Assembly: GCA_951813565.1 (NCBI GenBank)
Contig: OX638351.1
Coordinates: 3,776,001 to 3,840,000 of the forward strand
Source: an uncultured Poribacteria bacterium
GTDB taxonomy: Bacteria > Poribacteria > WGA-4E > WGA-3G
DNA: 64,000 nucleotides
Reading direction: 5' to 3'
In this document: piece by piece, positions 40,517 to 49,806 of the stretch
Layout of the letters: each line of letters starts with the position of its first letter
Numbering within the stretch: the first letter of the stretch is position 1
Notes under the pieces: model-generated
Told to the model about the DNA's origin: nothing
The model's database searches: none
What the model saw: only the letters and a program-made list of their open reading frames with translations
Position numbers and translations under genes: made by a program

Positions 40517-41626
40517 ATGAAGCATCTGAATCTTCGCATGTATGCTATGGTTATTGCCCTCATCTGTATTTGGGTGATCTTTACGTTGGCGACTGGCGGA
40601 ACCTTCTTCAAAGGTCGCAACCTATTTAACCTCTCTCGTCAAGCCGCAGTAACTGCTATTCTCGCCATCGGCATGGTGCTTGTCATTATCTCTGCCAACA
40701 TCGACCTGTCTGTCGGCTTCGGGGCAGGATTGCTCGGTGCAATTGCCGCGATTCTACACGTTTGGTGGAAACTACCGATTATCTCAACACTTTTCATAGT
40801 TATTTGTATCGGAATCTTGATAGGACTGATACATGGTTTTCTCGTGGCGTATCAGCGTATTCCAGCGTTTATTGTCACGCTCGGCGGATTTTTAGTATAT
40901 CGTGGTCTGATGTTAGCATTTACAAAAGGCGAGACAATCGCGCTCCCTGACAACTGGCTGAAAGCAATTGGTACTGCTCACTTGCCACCGACAGTTGGAT
41001 GGATTCTCATGCTTGTTGGTATCAGTATCAGTGGATATGTGTTTTTCCGACAACTTGCTTCCTTGCAGTTTAGCCGCAATTTTAAAACTTACATATCTCC
41101 GACTTTAAAATTGATTGGTACGTGCGGGTGCATTGTTGCATTTGTCATCGTAATGAATTCTTACAAAGGTATCCCGATTCAGGCGTGCATCCTACTCGGA
41201 TTGGCATTTGTATTTCACTTCATAGCGAACCATACCCGTTTCGGACGTTACGTGTATGCCGTTGGCGGTAATGCGGAGGCAGCCTATCTCTCTGGGATTA
41301 ACGTGCGGAGCGTAACGTTGCGGGTGTTTGCAATCATGGGAGCATTAATGGCGATCGCTGGTATTGTTATGACAGCACGCTTGGGTAGTGCTGGTCCTGA
41401 AGCCGGACGTCTGCTTGAGTTAGATGCTATTGCAGCTTGTGTTATCGGCGGTGCCAGCTTAATGGGTGGGCGCGGTAGCATTTTCGGTGCTATCTTAGGC
41501 GCACTCGTCATGGCAAGCCTGAGCAACGGAATGAGTATGGTAAATATGGGCACCGCATGGCAGGATGTTGTAAAAGGCGTTGTACTCGCTGCAGCTGTTG
41601 GCTTTGACATAGCATCGCGAAAGTGA
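40517..41626 (+). CDS. Sugar ABC transporter permease (XylH-like)
   Basis: IDLSVG, FIVTLGG, YAVGGN and ELDAIAACVIGG motifs. Confidence 0.92.
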   Translation: MKHLNLRMYAMVIALICIWVIFTLATGGTFFKGRNLFNLSRQAAVTAILAIGMVLVIISANIDLSVGFGAGLLGAIAAILHVWWKLPIISTLFIVICIGILIGLIHGFLVAYQRIPAFIVTLGGFLVYRGLMLAFTKGETIALPDNWLKAIGTAHLPPTVGWILMLVGISISGYVFFRQLASLQFSRNFKTYISPTLKLIGTCGCIVAFVIVMNSYKGIPIQACILLGLAFVFHFIANHTRFGRYVYAVGGNAEAAYLSGINVRSVTLRVFAIMGALMAIAGIVMTARLGSAGPEAGRLLELDAIAACVIGGASLMGGRGSIFGAILGALVMASLSNGMSMVNMGTAWQDVVKGVVLAAAVGFDIASRK

Positions 41627-41636
41627 TTTTATGCAT

Positions 41637-41940
41637 GTTGGGTTTCGCACGCTCTACCCATAGATGTCAATTTAAAAAAACATGACACACCTATTCCGAC
41701 TCGGTAGGAGCGTTTCTAACCACTCCGTATTATCTCAAAGGGTCTTGTGGGAGGCGTTTTCAACGCCGATATATCGCGCGGACAAAGCGCTCCACAAAGA
41801 GGTCTTGCCAAGAGTGACAACCAGATAAAGTAAGTCCGATTTATTACCCAAAGGTAGGCGCGTTTACAAAACGCGCCTACCAGGGTGGTGTGCCGCTAAA
41901 TTGACAGTTATGGGTTTCGCACGCTGCCACCCAACCTACG
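41637..41940. repeat. Family D unit flanked by REP halves, with internal REPs
   Basis: GGGTTTCGCACGCT occurs on both sides of CCCATAGATGTCAATTT...AAATTGACAGTTATGGG. Confidence 0.7.
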
Positions 41941-42110
41941 AGATAATGTAATATAATCACTTAGAAATGGTATAGGCTGTGGGTACTATGACTCAAACGT
42001 TTTTAAACTACTGCCCAAATTCCTCAATTAAAATCTTTTTCGCATTTTTTTAAACCGTTTTCCTAAATTCTCCCCTCTTTATAACCGAAATCTAATTGGG
42101 AATTCTGTTT

Positions 42111-45100
42111 ATGCACTACAATTTTATCACTCCAAACAACTTAACAGATGCAGAACTGGTTCGGCTTGTTCAAGCTCGCGATGAATCAGCATTCACGGAA
42201 TTGGTGTCTCGTTATAGCCCACGAATTTGGAATATCGTTGTCGAAAATTCGAGGCAAAGACGGGATGCGGAAGAAATTCTCATGGACATCTGGCTGGCTG
42301 TTTGGGAAAACATCATCGGTCTACGAAAAGCGGAAAGTTTTGGCGGCTGGTTACGCAGAATTGCTTACACCGCCTGCAACAGATACTACGCCTCCAACTT
42401 ACATCGGCAAAACGAAATTGTGCTTAGTTATGAAGATTTAGCTTTGCAGATTGATAGAGAAGCAGAACAGCGTTTTCATGATGCAAGCCTCAGAGCAGAT
42501 GCAAGAGAGGCTGTCCATCACCTTCCACAGAAGGTGCGGTCTGTTGGAATATTGTACTACCTCGAATTGTGGAGTATCAAAGAGATTGCAGATGAACTCA
42601 ACTTAGCAATCGGCACAGTCAAGACGAAGCTAAGCGAAGTCCGACAACTGCTCCGCAAGGAATTTGAGGTAGAGATAGAACCTATAAGGAGGGGAACTAT
42701 GACTCTTGAACAGAAAAAATCTGATAATTTGCAAACCAAGATAAAAGTTATAGGAGTCGGCGGAGCAGGTTGCAATGCTATAAAACGAATGATTGAAGAA
42801 GACTTCGTAGGCATTGAATTCTGTGCTGTTGATACCGATAAGGACACACTTAGCACATGCAACGGTGCAACACAAGTGCAAATAGGTGTTAACACTACTC
42901 AAGGCAGTAGCGCAGATGGAAATTTGGAAATCGGGAAAAGAGCGGCTGCGGAAAACATGGATGAACTCCGATCTATTGTTTCAGACGCAAAAATGGTTTT
43001 CATTACCGCAGGCATGGGCGGTGGAACCGGCACAGCCACTGCACCTCTAATAGCGTCGCTTGCACGAGAGCAAGGGGCATTAACAGCCTGCTTTGTAACA
43101 CGCCCGTTCGATTCTGAAGGCGAACACCGTGCTGAAAAAGCGGCGTATGGATTACGAGAATTGCAAAATAGTTCACGTGTCTGTGCGGATGCTGTTGTCG
43201 TTGTGCCGAACCAACGAGTTCTTGATATGATTGACCAAGAATTGCCGATACAGGAAGCGTTCCAAAAAAGCGATGAAATCCTGGTCCAAGGCGTTAGATG
43301 CATTGCAGATATGCTTGTAGAAACTGGCGAAATTTCTCTTGACTTTGATGATATTCAAAGTGTGCTGCGTGACCAAGGGTCTATTCTCATGGGTATTGGA
43401 AAAGCAAAAGGTGAAAATCGCGCGAAAATCGCTGCAGAAAACGCAATTTCCTCTCCTTTACTTGAAGAAAACAGTATTGCGGGAGACGGTGTGTGGATTG
43501 TTAACATTGCCTCGCCGCCAAATTTCACAATGCAGGAATTGGATCAAGCCATGAAAATCATTGTAGAAACATGTGAAAATGCCCAACCTATCTTCGGATT
43601 AGTCTACAAGGATGAATTAGAACTTAACGATGAAGTTCTTGTAACTGTCCTTGCTAATGGACTTGATTCACAAAAAGAACAGGTTTCTCCAATTTCTTCC
43701 AGCGAACGTAGTGCATCTACTGGCCAAGGCAATGTTATTTCGCCTTCAAGCGGTTCAGAATTTGTTCATCTACACAATCACAGTGAATATAGCTTGTTAG
43801 ACGGTGCGTGTCGAATCCCAGATATGGTGCAGTGGGCAATTGAGAACAGTTCGCCTGCTGTTGCACTTACAGACCACGGTAACATGTTCGGTGCGTGGGA
43901 ATTTTACAACACTGCTAAAGCAGCAGGTGTTAATCCCATTGTCGGATGTGAGGTATATGTTGAAACGGAAAAAGAAAAATCAGATAGCAATTCCCAATGT
44001 TCACCGTCCCATCTCACCTTACTTGCAGAAGACACTGTAGGATATCATAATCTTTTAGAATTGACATCACTGGGATATACAGAAGGTTTCCATAGAAAAC
44101 CGCGCATCAACCTGGAAATGCTGCGTGAACATCACGGTGGCATTATTGCACTGACAGGATGCATTAATGGAATAGTGCCGAAGCTAATTTGTTCTAATCA
44201 AAGAGACGAAGCAGTCCGAAACTTGTTAGAATTGAAAGACATCATGGGAGAGGATAACCTCTTTGTAGAAGTTCAAAACCACTATACTGATGAGGAGTTA
44301 ACGACATATCCAGTGATGGTTGAGTTCGCAAATGAATTCAATCTTCCTATCGTGGGGTCAAACGATTGCCACTACCTCCGAAAATCCGACCACCGCATGC
44401 ACGAGGTCCTTCTCTGTATCCAGACAAAGAAGACCGTCAACGACCCAGAACGGATGCGATTTAACAATCATTTTTACTTTAAAAATGTTGACGAAATGCG
44501 GGAAGCACTTAAGGATTATCCACCCGAAGCAATTATCAATACAGTTGAAATTGCTGATCGGTGTAATCTGAAACTGGATTACGACAAAAGTGTGATGCCA
44601 ATATTTGAGATTCCTGATGGACATACACATAACAGTTATCTGAAAGAACAGTGCTACAAAGGTTTGCAAGAAAAATATGGAGGACATATCTCTGAACCGA
44701 TTCATAGGCGGTTGGATTATGAACTGGATGTTATTCAACAAACTGGTTATGCAAATTATTTTCTGATTGTCGCAGATTACGTCGGCTACGCCAACGAACA
44801 AGGTTATTTACTCTCTGCTCGCGGTTCTGCTGCAAGTAGCCTCGTGCTTTATGCGCTCGGTGTAATCAATTTCAATCCGATGGATCATGGGTGTTTGTTT
44901 GAAAGGTTTTTAAATCTTAATAGAATAAATCCGCCGGACATTGATATAGATTTTGCTGCCCATGCCCGTGACGATGTGATTGATTACCTCGTGAGGAAAT
45001 ACGGTCATGATTCTGTCGGTAAAGTTGCTACCTTTGCTAAGTTGGGGGCAAAAACTGCTATCAAAGATGTCGGACGTGCACTTGAAATCCCTCTTGATAA

Positions 45101-46403
45101 CATAGATACCTTGACAAAACTAATTCCAAACCAGCCGGGGATTGCGCTTGATGATGCTTTGGAACAAGTGTCTGAATTTCAGACGCTTGCTGAACTCCCT
45201 GAAAATAGAGAGTTAATTGAAATTAGCAGAGCAGTAGAAGGTATGAAACGGCATGTCTCATGTCATTCATCTGCAATTGTGGTTTCAAACGGACCACTTA
45301 GCAATTACGCCCCACTTTTCAAGGATAGACATGGACAAATCGCAACGCAATTTGAGGGAAAAACGGTTGAAGATGTTGGCATTATTAAACTTGATACACT
45401 TGGTGTCCGAAGTCTTTCAGAGGTTGCTGATTGTCTCAATATGATTCTGGAAAACCGTGGTCGCAGGATTGCACTTGAAGATATTCCATTTGACGATAAA
45501 CCGACTTATTCACTCATTAGTGAAGGATTGATTGCTGGGTTGTTCCAACTCGAAACCTCTTTCGGTATGTATAATGTGGTTACCGAACTTAAGCCAGAAA
45601 ATTTTGAGGTATTTTCCGCAATTCCTGCGCTTTATCGTCCAGGTCCGTTAGAAAGCGGCATGATGCAGCAGTTTATCAACCGAAAAAATGGATTAGAATC
45701 GGTGAGTTATCTGCATGCGTCGTTTGAGGATGCCCTTAAAAACACTTACGGTGTCTGTATCTATCAGGAACAGGTGATGCAAATTGCGTGTGATATTGCC
45801 GGGTTCACGCTTGGTGAGGCAGATATCCTCCGTGATGCGATAGGAAAAAGGAAAGTAGACGTCCTTGAAGAACAACGTCCGAAATTCATCAATAGGGCAG
45901 TTCAAAAGGGTATTTCCACTAAAGAAGCAGAGGAGATATACGACCACCTTGAACAACTTGGCAAATATGCTTTCAACAAATCGCACTCCGTAGCTTATGC
46001 GCTATTAGCCTACCGAATGGCGTATCTAAAAACGCATTATCCACATGAATTTATGGCAGCAATGATGACGGGAGAGGCAGCAAACAAAGAAAAGATAAAG
46101 CGTTACCAAGCTGAATGTGCGAAACTCGCTGACTTTTTGGATGTAGAAATTAATCTGTTACCGCTTGATATCAACACCAGCGAAAAGAATTGCACTGTGG
46201 ATGGAAACGATATCCGTTTCGGGTTTGTTGCTCTCAAAGGCGTGAGTGATGAAGTGAAAGATTTACTTCTTGTGAAAAGAAATCAGGACGGTTTATTCAC
46301 ATCGATTCAAGATTTCCGTGATCGTTTTGATTCAACAGAGATGGACAAAGAAGTGATTGAAAGTCTCGTCGCCTCAGGTGCATTTAACGCTCTTCCCGCA
46401 TAA
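42111..46403 (+). CDS. ECF sigma factor / FtsZ / DNA polymerase III alpha (DnaE) fusion protein
   Basis: Sigma2 and sigma4 motifs (~42140-42665); FtsZ motifs IKVIGVGGAG and GMGGGTGT (~42738-43662); DnaE motifs FVHLHNHSEYSLLDG, PDIDIDF, KLDTLG and FNKSHS (43758-46403). Confidence 0.9.
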   Translation: MHYNFITPNNLTDAELVRLVQARDESAFTELVSRYSPRIWNIVVENSRQRRDAEEILMDIWLAVWENIIGLRKAESFGGWLRRIAYTACNRYYASNLHRQNEIVLSYEDLALQIDREAEQRFHDASLRADAREAVHHLPQKVRSVGILYYLELWSIKEIADELNLAIGTVKTKLSEVRQLLRKEFEVEIEPIRRGTMTLEQKKSDNLQTKIKVIGVGGAGCNAIKRMIEEDFVGIEFCAVDTDKDTLSTCNGATQVQIGVNTTQGSSADGNLEIGKRAAAENMDELRSIVSDAKMVFITAGMGGGTGTATAPLIASLAREQGALTACFVTRPFDSEGEHRAEKAAYGLRELQNSSRVCADAVVVVPNQRVLDMIDQELPIQEAFQKSDEILVQGVRCIADMLVETGEISLDFDDIQSVLRDQGSILMGIGKAKGENRAKIAAENAISSPLLEENSIAGDGVWIVNIASPPNFTMQELDQAMKIIVETCENAQPIFGLVYKDELELNDEVLVTVLANGLDSQKEQVSPISSSERSASTGQGNVISPSSGSEFVHLHNHSEYSLLDGACRIPDMVQWAIENSSPAVALTDHGNMFGAWEFYNTAKAAGVNPIVGCEVYVETEKEKSDSNSQCSPSHLTLLAEDTVGYHNLLELTSLGYTEGFHRKPRINLEMLREHHGGIIALTGCINGIVPKLICSNQRDEAVRNLLELKDIMGEDNLFVEVQNHYTDEELTTYPVMVEFANEFNLPIVGSNDCHYLRKSDHRMHEVLLCIQTKKTVNDPERMRFNNHFYFKNVDEMREALKDYPPEAIINTVEIADRCNLKLDYDKSVMPIFEIPDGHTHNSYLKEQCYKGLQEKYGGHISEPIHRRLDYELDVIQQTGYANYFLIVADYVGYANEQGYLLSARGSAASSLVLYALGVINFNPMDHGCLFERFLNLNRINPPDIDIDFAAHARDDVIDYLVRKYGHDSVGKVATFAKLGAKTAIKDVGRALEIPLDNIDTLTKLIPNQPGIALDDALEQVSEFQTLAELPENRELIEISRAVEGMKRHVSCHSSAIVVSNGPLSNYAPLFKDRHGQIATQFEGKTVEDVGIIKLDTLGVRSLSEVADCLNMILENRGRRIALEDIPFDDKPTYSLISEGLIAGLFQLETSFGMYNVVTELKPENFEVFSAIPALYRPGPLESGMMQQFINRKNGLESVSYLHASFEDALKNTYGVCIYQEQVMQIACDIAGFTLGEADILRDAIGKRKVDVLEEQRPKFINRAVQKGISTKEAEEIYDHLEQLGKYAFNKSHSVAYALLAYRMAYLKTHYPHEFMAAMMTGEAANKEKIKRYQAECAKLADFLDVEINLLPLDINTSEKNCTVDGNDIRFGFVALKGVSDEVKDLLLVKRNQDGLFTSIQDFRDRFDSTEMDKEVIESLVASGAFNALPA

Positions 46404-46483
46404 TACATCTTTCCTACCATCATGGGCAGGTCATTGTGTCTGCCCATCTTTATGTGCCGATTCCATCCCCTCTTACAAATGGA

Positions 46484-46512
46484 TTGACTTTCCATAAAAT
46501 ATCTGATATACT
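46484..46512 (+). promoter_or_regulatory. Sigma70 promoter
   Basis: TTGACT, 17-bp spacer, TATACT, with an extended -10 TG. Confidence 0.55.
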
Positions 46513-46588
46513 TACAGAAACAGGCGCAGTTGATTGTAGGGTTCAAATTTATCCTTCACATTACCTTTATACTTCAGGAGATGGCGCG

Positions 46589-47260
46589 ATGCAACCCAAA
46601 ATACACTCAGCCCCAGCAATCGTCTATCCCGAATCGGACGGTAAACCTATGGCAGAGACTGACTTACATCGAAATCTGATGTTTGATTATATTAAAATGC
46701 TAACACACCATTTTGAAAACAGGAATGACGTTTATGTATCGGGCAATTTGCTGATATACTATGAAGAAGGCAACCCCAAAAAGTCGGTTGCGCCTGATGT
46801 GTTTGTCGTCTTCGGCGTATCAGAAAAATCCCGTCGTACCTTTTTGACATGGGAAGAGGGGCAAACCCCAGACTTTGTGTTAGAGGTAGCAAGTGCCAGC
46901 ACACATCAAAACGACATCGGACATAAGAAAGATCTTTATGCGTCAGTACTTGAAGTTGAAGAGTATTATATCTACGATCCGTATGGCGAGATAAGTCCGA
47001 ACTTCATAGGTTACCGTTTAGTAGAAGGGGCATATCAAGAAATTGAGTTTGTTGATGAACGACTCCCTTCGCGTGTGCTTGGTTTAGAACTCGGTGAACG
47101 TGATGGTGTATTTGGTCTATACAACCCAGATACTGGAGAATGGTTGCAACCGCCTGAACAGCGTGCCGAACAAGAATCCGCTGCTCGGAAAGACGCTGAA
47201 GCTGAACTTGCAAAAGCCTTAGCTGAACTTGAACGTCTTCGTGCAACCATCAACGATTGA
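46589..47260 (+). CDS. Uma2 family (PD-(D/E)XK) endonuclease
   Basis: YPESDGKPMAET, APDVFV, LEVAS and EYYIYDP motifs. Confidence 0.92.
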   Translation: MQPKIHSAPAIVYPESDGKPMAETDLHRNLMFDYIKMLTHHFENRNDVYVSGNLLIYYEEGNPKKSVAPDVFVVFGVSEKSRRTFLTWEEGQTPDFVLEVASASTHQNDIGHKKDLYASVLEVEEYYIYDPYGEISPNFIGYRLVEGAYQEIEFVDERLPSRVLGLELGERDGVFGLYNPDTGEWLQPPEQRAEQESAARKDAEAELAKALAELERLRATIND

Positions 47261-47302
47261 TTTACATGTGAAATTTCAGACAGATATTCGTAAAGAGGTA
47301 AG

Positions 47303-48205
47303 ATGAATAGTACCGAACGTTTCCACAACTTTACCCAAGTCGAACTACCGCAAGGTTTTAAGGAAAGACTCAATAGAAAGCAGGTAGCCGAGATTACGTT
47401 TTCACCGAACGGTTCACGACTTGCAGCAGGCGGTGCCGAACGAATCTGGGTATACGATTTAGCCAGTGGTGAACAGTCTACTGTGCTTTCAGGGCATACA
47501 GATAAAATCCGTGCGATAGCATTCGCGCTAGACAATCGCACCCTCGCCAGTGCAAGTGAGGACAGTACCCTCCGATTATGGGACGCAGACACTGCTAACG
47601 AAATAGCAACGCTCGCAGGCGAATCTTCAAGTTTAGTCAGTGCGTTAGCATCATCTCCAGACGGTGTGCCACTGACCGCGTGGAATGAGGAGACCGCGCT
47701 TATGTTAAGCGGTTCAACTGCTGACCCCGCCAGAATTAGAGCGTTAGCCTTCTCATCAGATGGAAATACGCTTGTGAGCGGCGGTGTGGACGGTAAAATT
47801 CGAGTCTGGGAATTAGAAACTGGTCGTCAGTTGTCATCTATTGCAGCACATGATGGATTAGTATTGGCACTTGCATTTTCCCCTGACGGCAAACTGCTTG
47901 CCAGTGGTGGATCAGATGCTACAGTGCGGTTATGGGAATTAGACAGTAAACATCTTCTTTCAACCTTTACCGCACATTCGGATTCGGTAAATGCCTTAGC
48001 GTTTTCCCTTGATGGGAAAATACTTGCGAGTGGCGGGAGAGATCCAGAAATCCGGTTATGGAATGTAGGAGCGATGGGTCTGATGTCCACTATCCCTGCG
48101 CAAGCAGGTTTTGTGTGGGAATTGGCATTTTGGGGCAGCGATCAAGACGATAAACAACAACTTATCAGTGTAAGCAGAGATGGTGTGCTTTTTGTGAGAG
48201 AATAG
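47303..48205 (+). CDS. WD40 repeat protein
   Basis: Repeated GH/AH...LAFSPDG..LASG..D..(I/V)RLW units. Confidence 0.92.
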   Translation: MNSTERFHNFTQVELPQGFKERLNRKQVAEITFSPNGSRLAAGGAERIWVYDLASGEQSTVLSGHTDKIRAIAFALDNRTLASASEDSTLRLWDADTANEIATLAGESSSLVSALASSPDGVPLTAWNEETALMLSGSTADPARIRALAFSSDGNTLVSGGVDGKIRVWELETGRQLSSIAAHDGLVLALAFSPDGKLLASGGSDATVRLWELDSKHLLSTFTAHSDSVNALAFSLDGKILASGGRDPEIRLWNVGAMGLMSTIPAQAGFVWELAFWGSDQDDKQQLISVSRDGVLFVRE

Positions 48206-48331
48206 ATATGACATTTTAATATAATCGAGATGCAGATATTTTGTATATAAATGAGGGGTGTGCATAATTGAATTTAGTCAGGATATAGGTTATACTCTTA
48301 TCTTAAAGTATAAAAGAAAGGGGTATTAACC

Positions 48332-49700
48332 ATGTGTTATCCTGACCAAAAGTATTATATCATGTTTTTCTTTCAACGCTACAAAGATTTTGAGGTGTCT
48401 ATCAAATACAATCAAACTAAAGGTAAAGGGAGACCTAAAATACATTCTGATAGTTCACTTGTTGTCTTCTTCGCCTTTATGGAACTTAGAGGTATAAATC
48501 GGTTCAAAGCACAGCATCTATTTCTTCTCACACATGCAGACTGGTTGAAGCGGTTCAAGTTCAAAAGTGTCCCTGATCGAACGACCTTATCCCGTCGCTA
48601 TAAACAACTAATACCAAATTAACGAGAATTGCATTGTTTTCATTGCCGATGGTAAGGGCGGGCACAGAGACCCGCTCCTACGATTTAGGGTAATTTGGTA
48701 TTACTTCCTTCTTCCTGTAGGAGCGAGCTCCAGCTCGCGACATCTTATACCAAATTAACGAGAATTGTATTGTTTTCACTGCCGATGGTAAGGGCGGGCA
48801 CAGAGACCCGCCCCTACGATTTAGGGTAATTTGGTATTACTTCCCTCTTCTTGTAGGAGCGAGCTCCAGCTCGCGACATCTTATACCAAATTAACGAGAA
48901 TTGCATTGTTTTCACTGCCGATGGTAAGGGCGGGCACAGAGACCCGCCCCTACGATTTAGGGTAATTTGGTATAACACTGCGTATTGAGCAGTTTGTTGA
49001 GTATCTCGGTGATTTGGGTGTATCTTTAGACACTCAGACCCCCCGAGATATTGTCTATGAAGACAAAAGTCTCTATAAAGCACAAGGCAGTGTATGGCAT
49101 CAAAAGCACCGAAAAGCGAACCACATCCTTGAAGGATTACGCGCCCTGGATACAGATGCGAGTTGGTCAACAAGCAAGTATCGCGGATGGGTTTATGGGT
49201 ATGGACTTCATCTCACAACTACTGCCAACGGATTTCCACGGTTCGCCGATGTTTATACTGCTTCTGTGAGTGAAAAAACGGGACTTGACCAAAAGATTGA
49301 TGCGCTGCTTGATCGGAATATTAGGTATATCGTAGCAGATGCTGGCTATACTGACTTTGCGCGTATCCAGACACACGCAAAAAACGGATTATTCCTTTTG
49401 ACACCCATAACGGTTGCTAAAAACAACAAAAAGTTAGCTTATCTTGAGGCGATTGAAACATCACCACACCTACAAGCATATCAGCAAAAACGCAAAACAA
49501 CCATTGAACCGATCTTTAGTCTGCTATGCGAACTGACAGGAACAGATAATAATCAGAAACAACTTCCGGTGAGCCGTATTGAAAATGTCAAACCCTTTTT
49601 ATTATTGTCAATCGTCCTGCTACAAATAGCAATGTTAGTCAACCTAATTTGGAACTTACCAAGTAGAGAAGTTTCACGGATGATCGCTTTATTTCAATAA
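48332..49700 (+). pseudogene. DDE transposase split by a 364-bp insertion
   Basis: PDRTTLSRR, WVYGYGLHL, ADAGY and RKTTIEP motifs. Removing 48611-48974 restores a 334-aa frame. Confidence 0.88.
48611..48974. repeat. 136-bp-period tandem array (three TIR-bounded ~91-bp units and two REP linkers)
   Basis: Units ATACCAAATTA...TAATTTGGTAT start at 48611, 48747 and 48883; a TA duplication flanks the array. Confidence 0.9.
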
Positions 49701-49806
49701 TAAACTCCGTGTGAAAATATACTATTTTGTTATGAGTATTTATGCACACCCCCTCAATTATATAAGAGTGGAGGACGACTAAGGAAGTATATCAAGTTGG
49801 TGAAAA

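Larger units (their letters stand above)
48253..49755 (+). mobile_element. Insertion sequence (DDE_Tnp_1, IS982/IS5-like) disrupted by a repeat insertion
   Basis: TIR GAGGGGTGTGCATAA (48253-48267) and TTATGCACACCCCCTC (49740-49755). Confidence 0.85.

Noticed and set aside
42051..42082. Autoregulatory ECF promoter for the fusion gene (TAAACC...CCTCTTT)
   Set aside because: The position is plausible, but the -10 does not match a motif I can support without homolog alignments.
43758..46403. Intein or split DnaE
   Set aside because: No intein-type splice-junction pattern is visible, the polymerase motifs are collinear, and no DnaE C-terminal half follows.
48611..48974. Possible CRISPR array
   Set aside because: The period is 136 bp, the would-be spacers are near-identical, and no cas genes are present.
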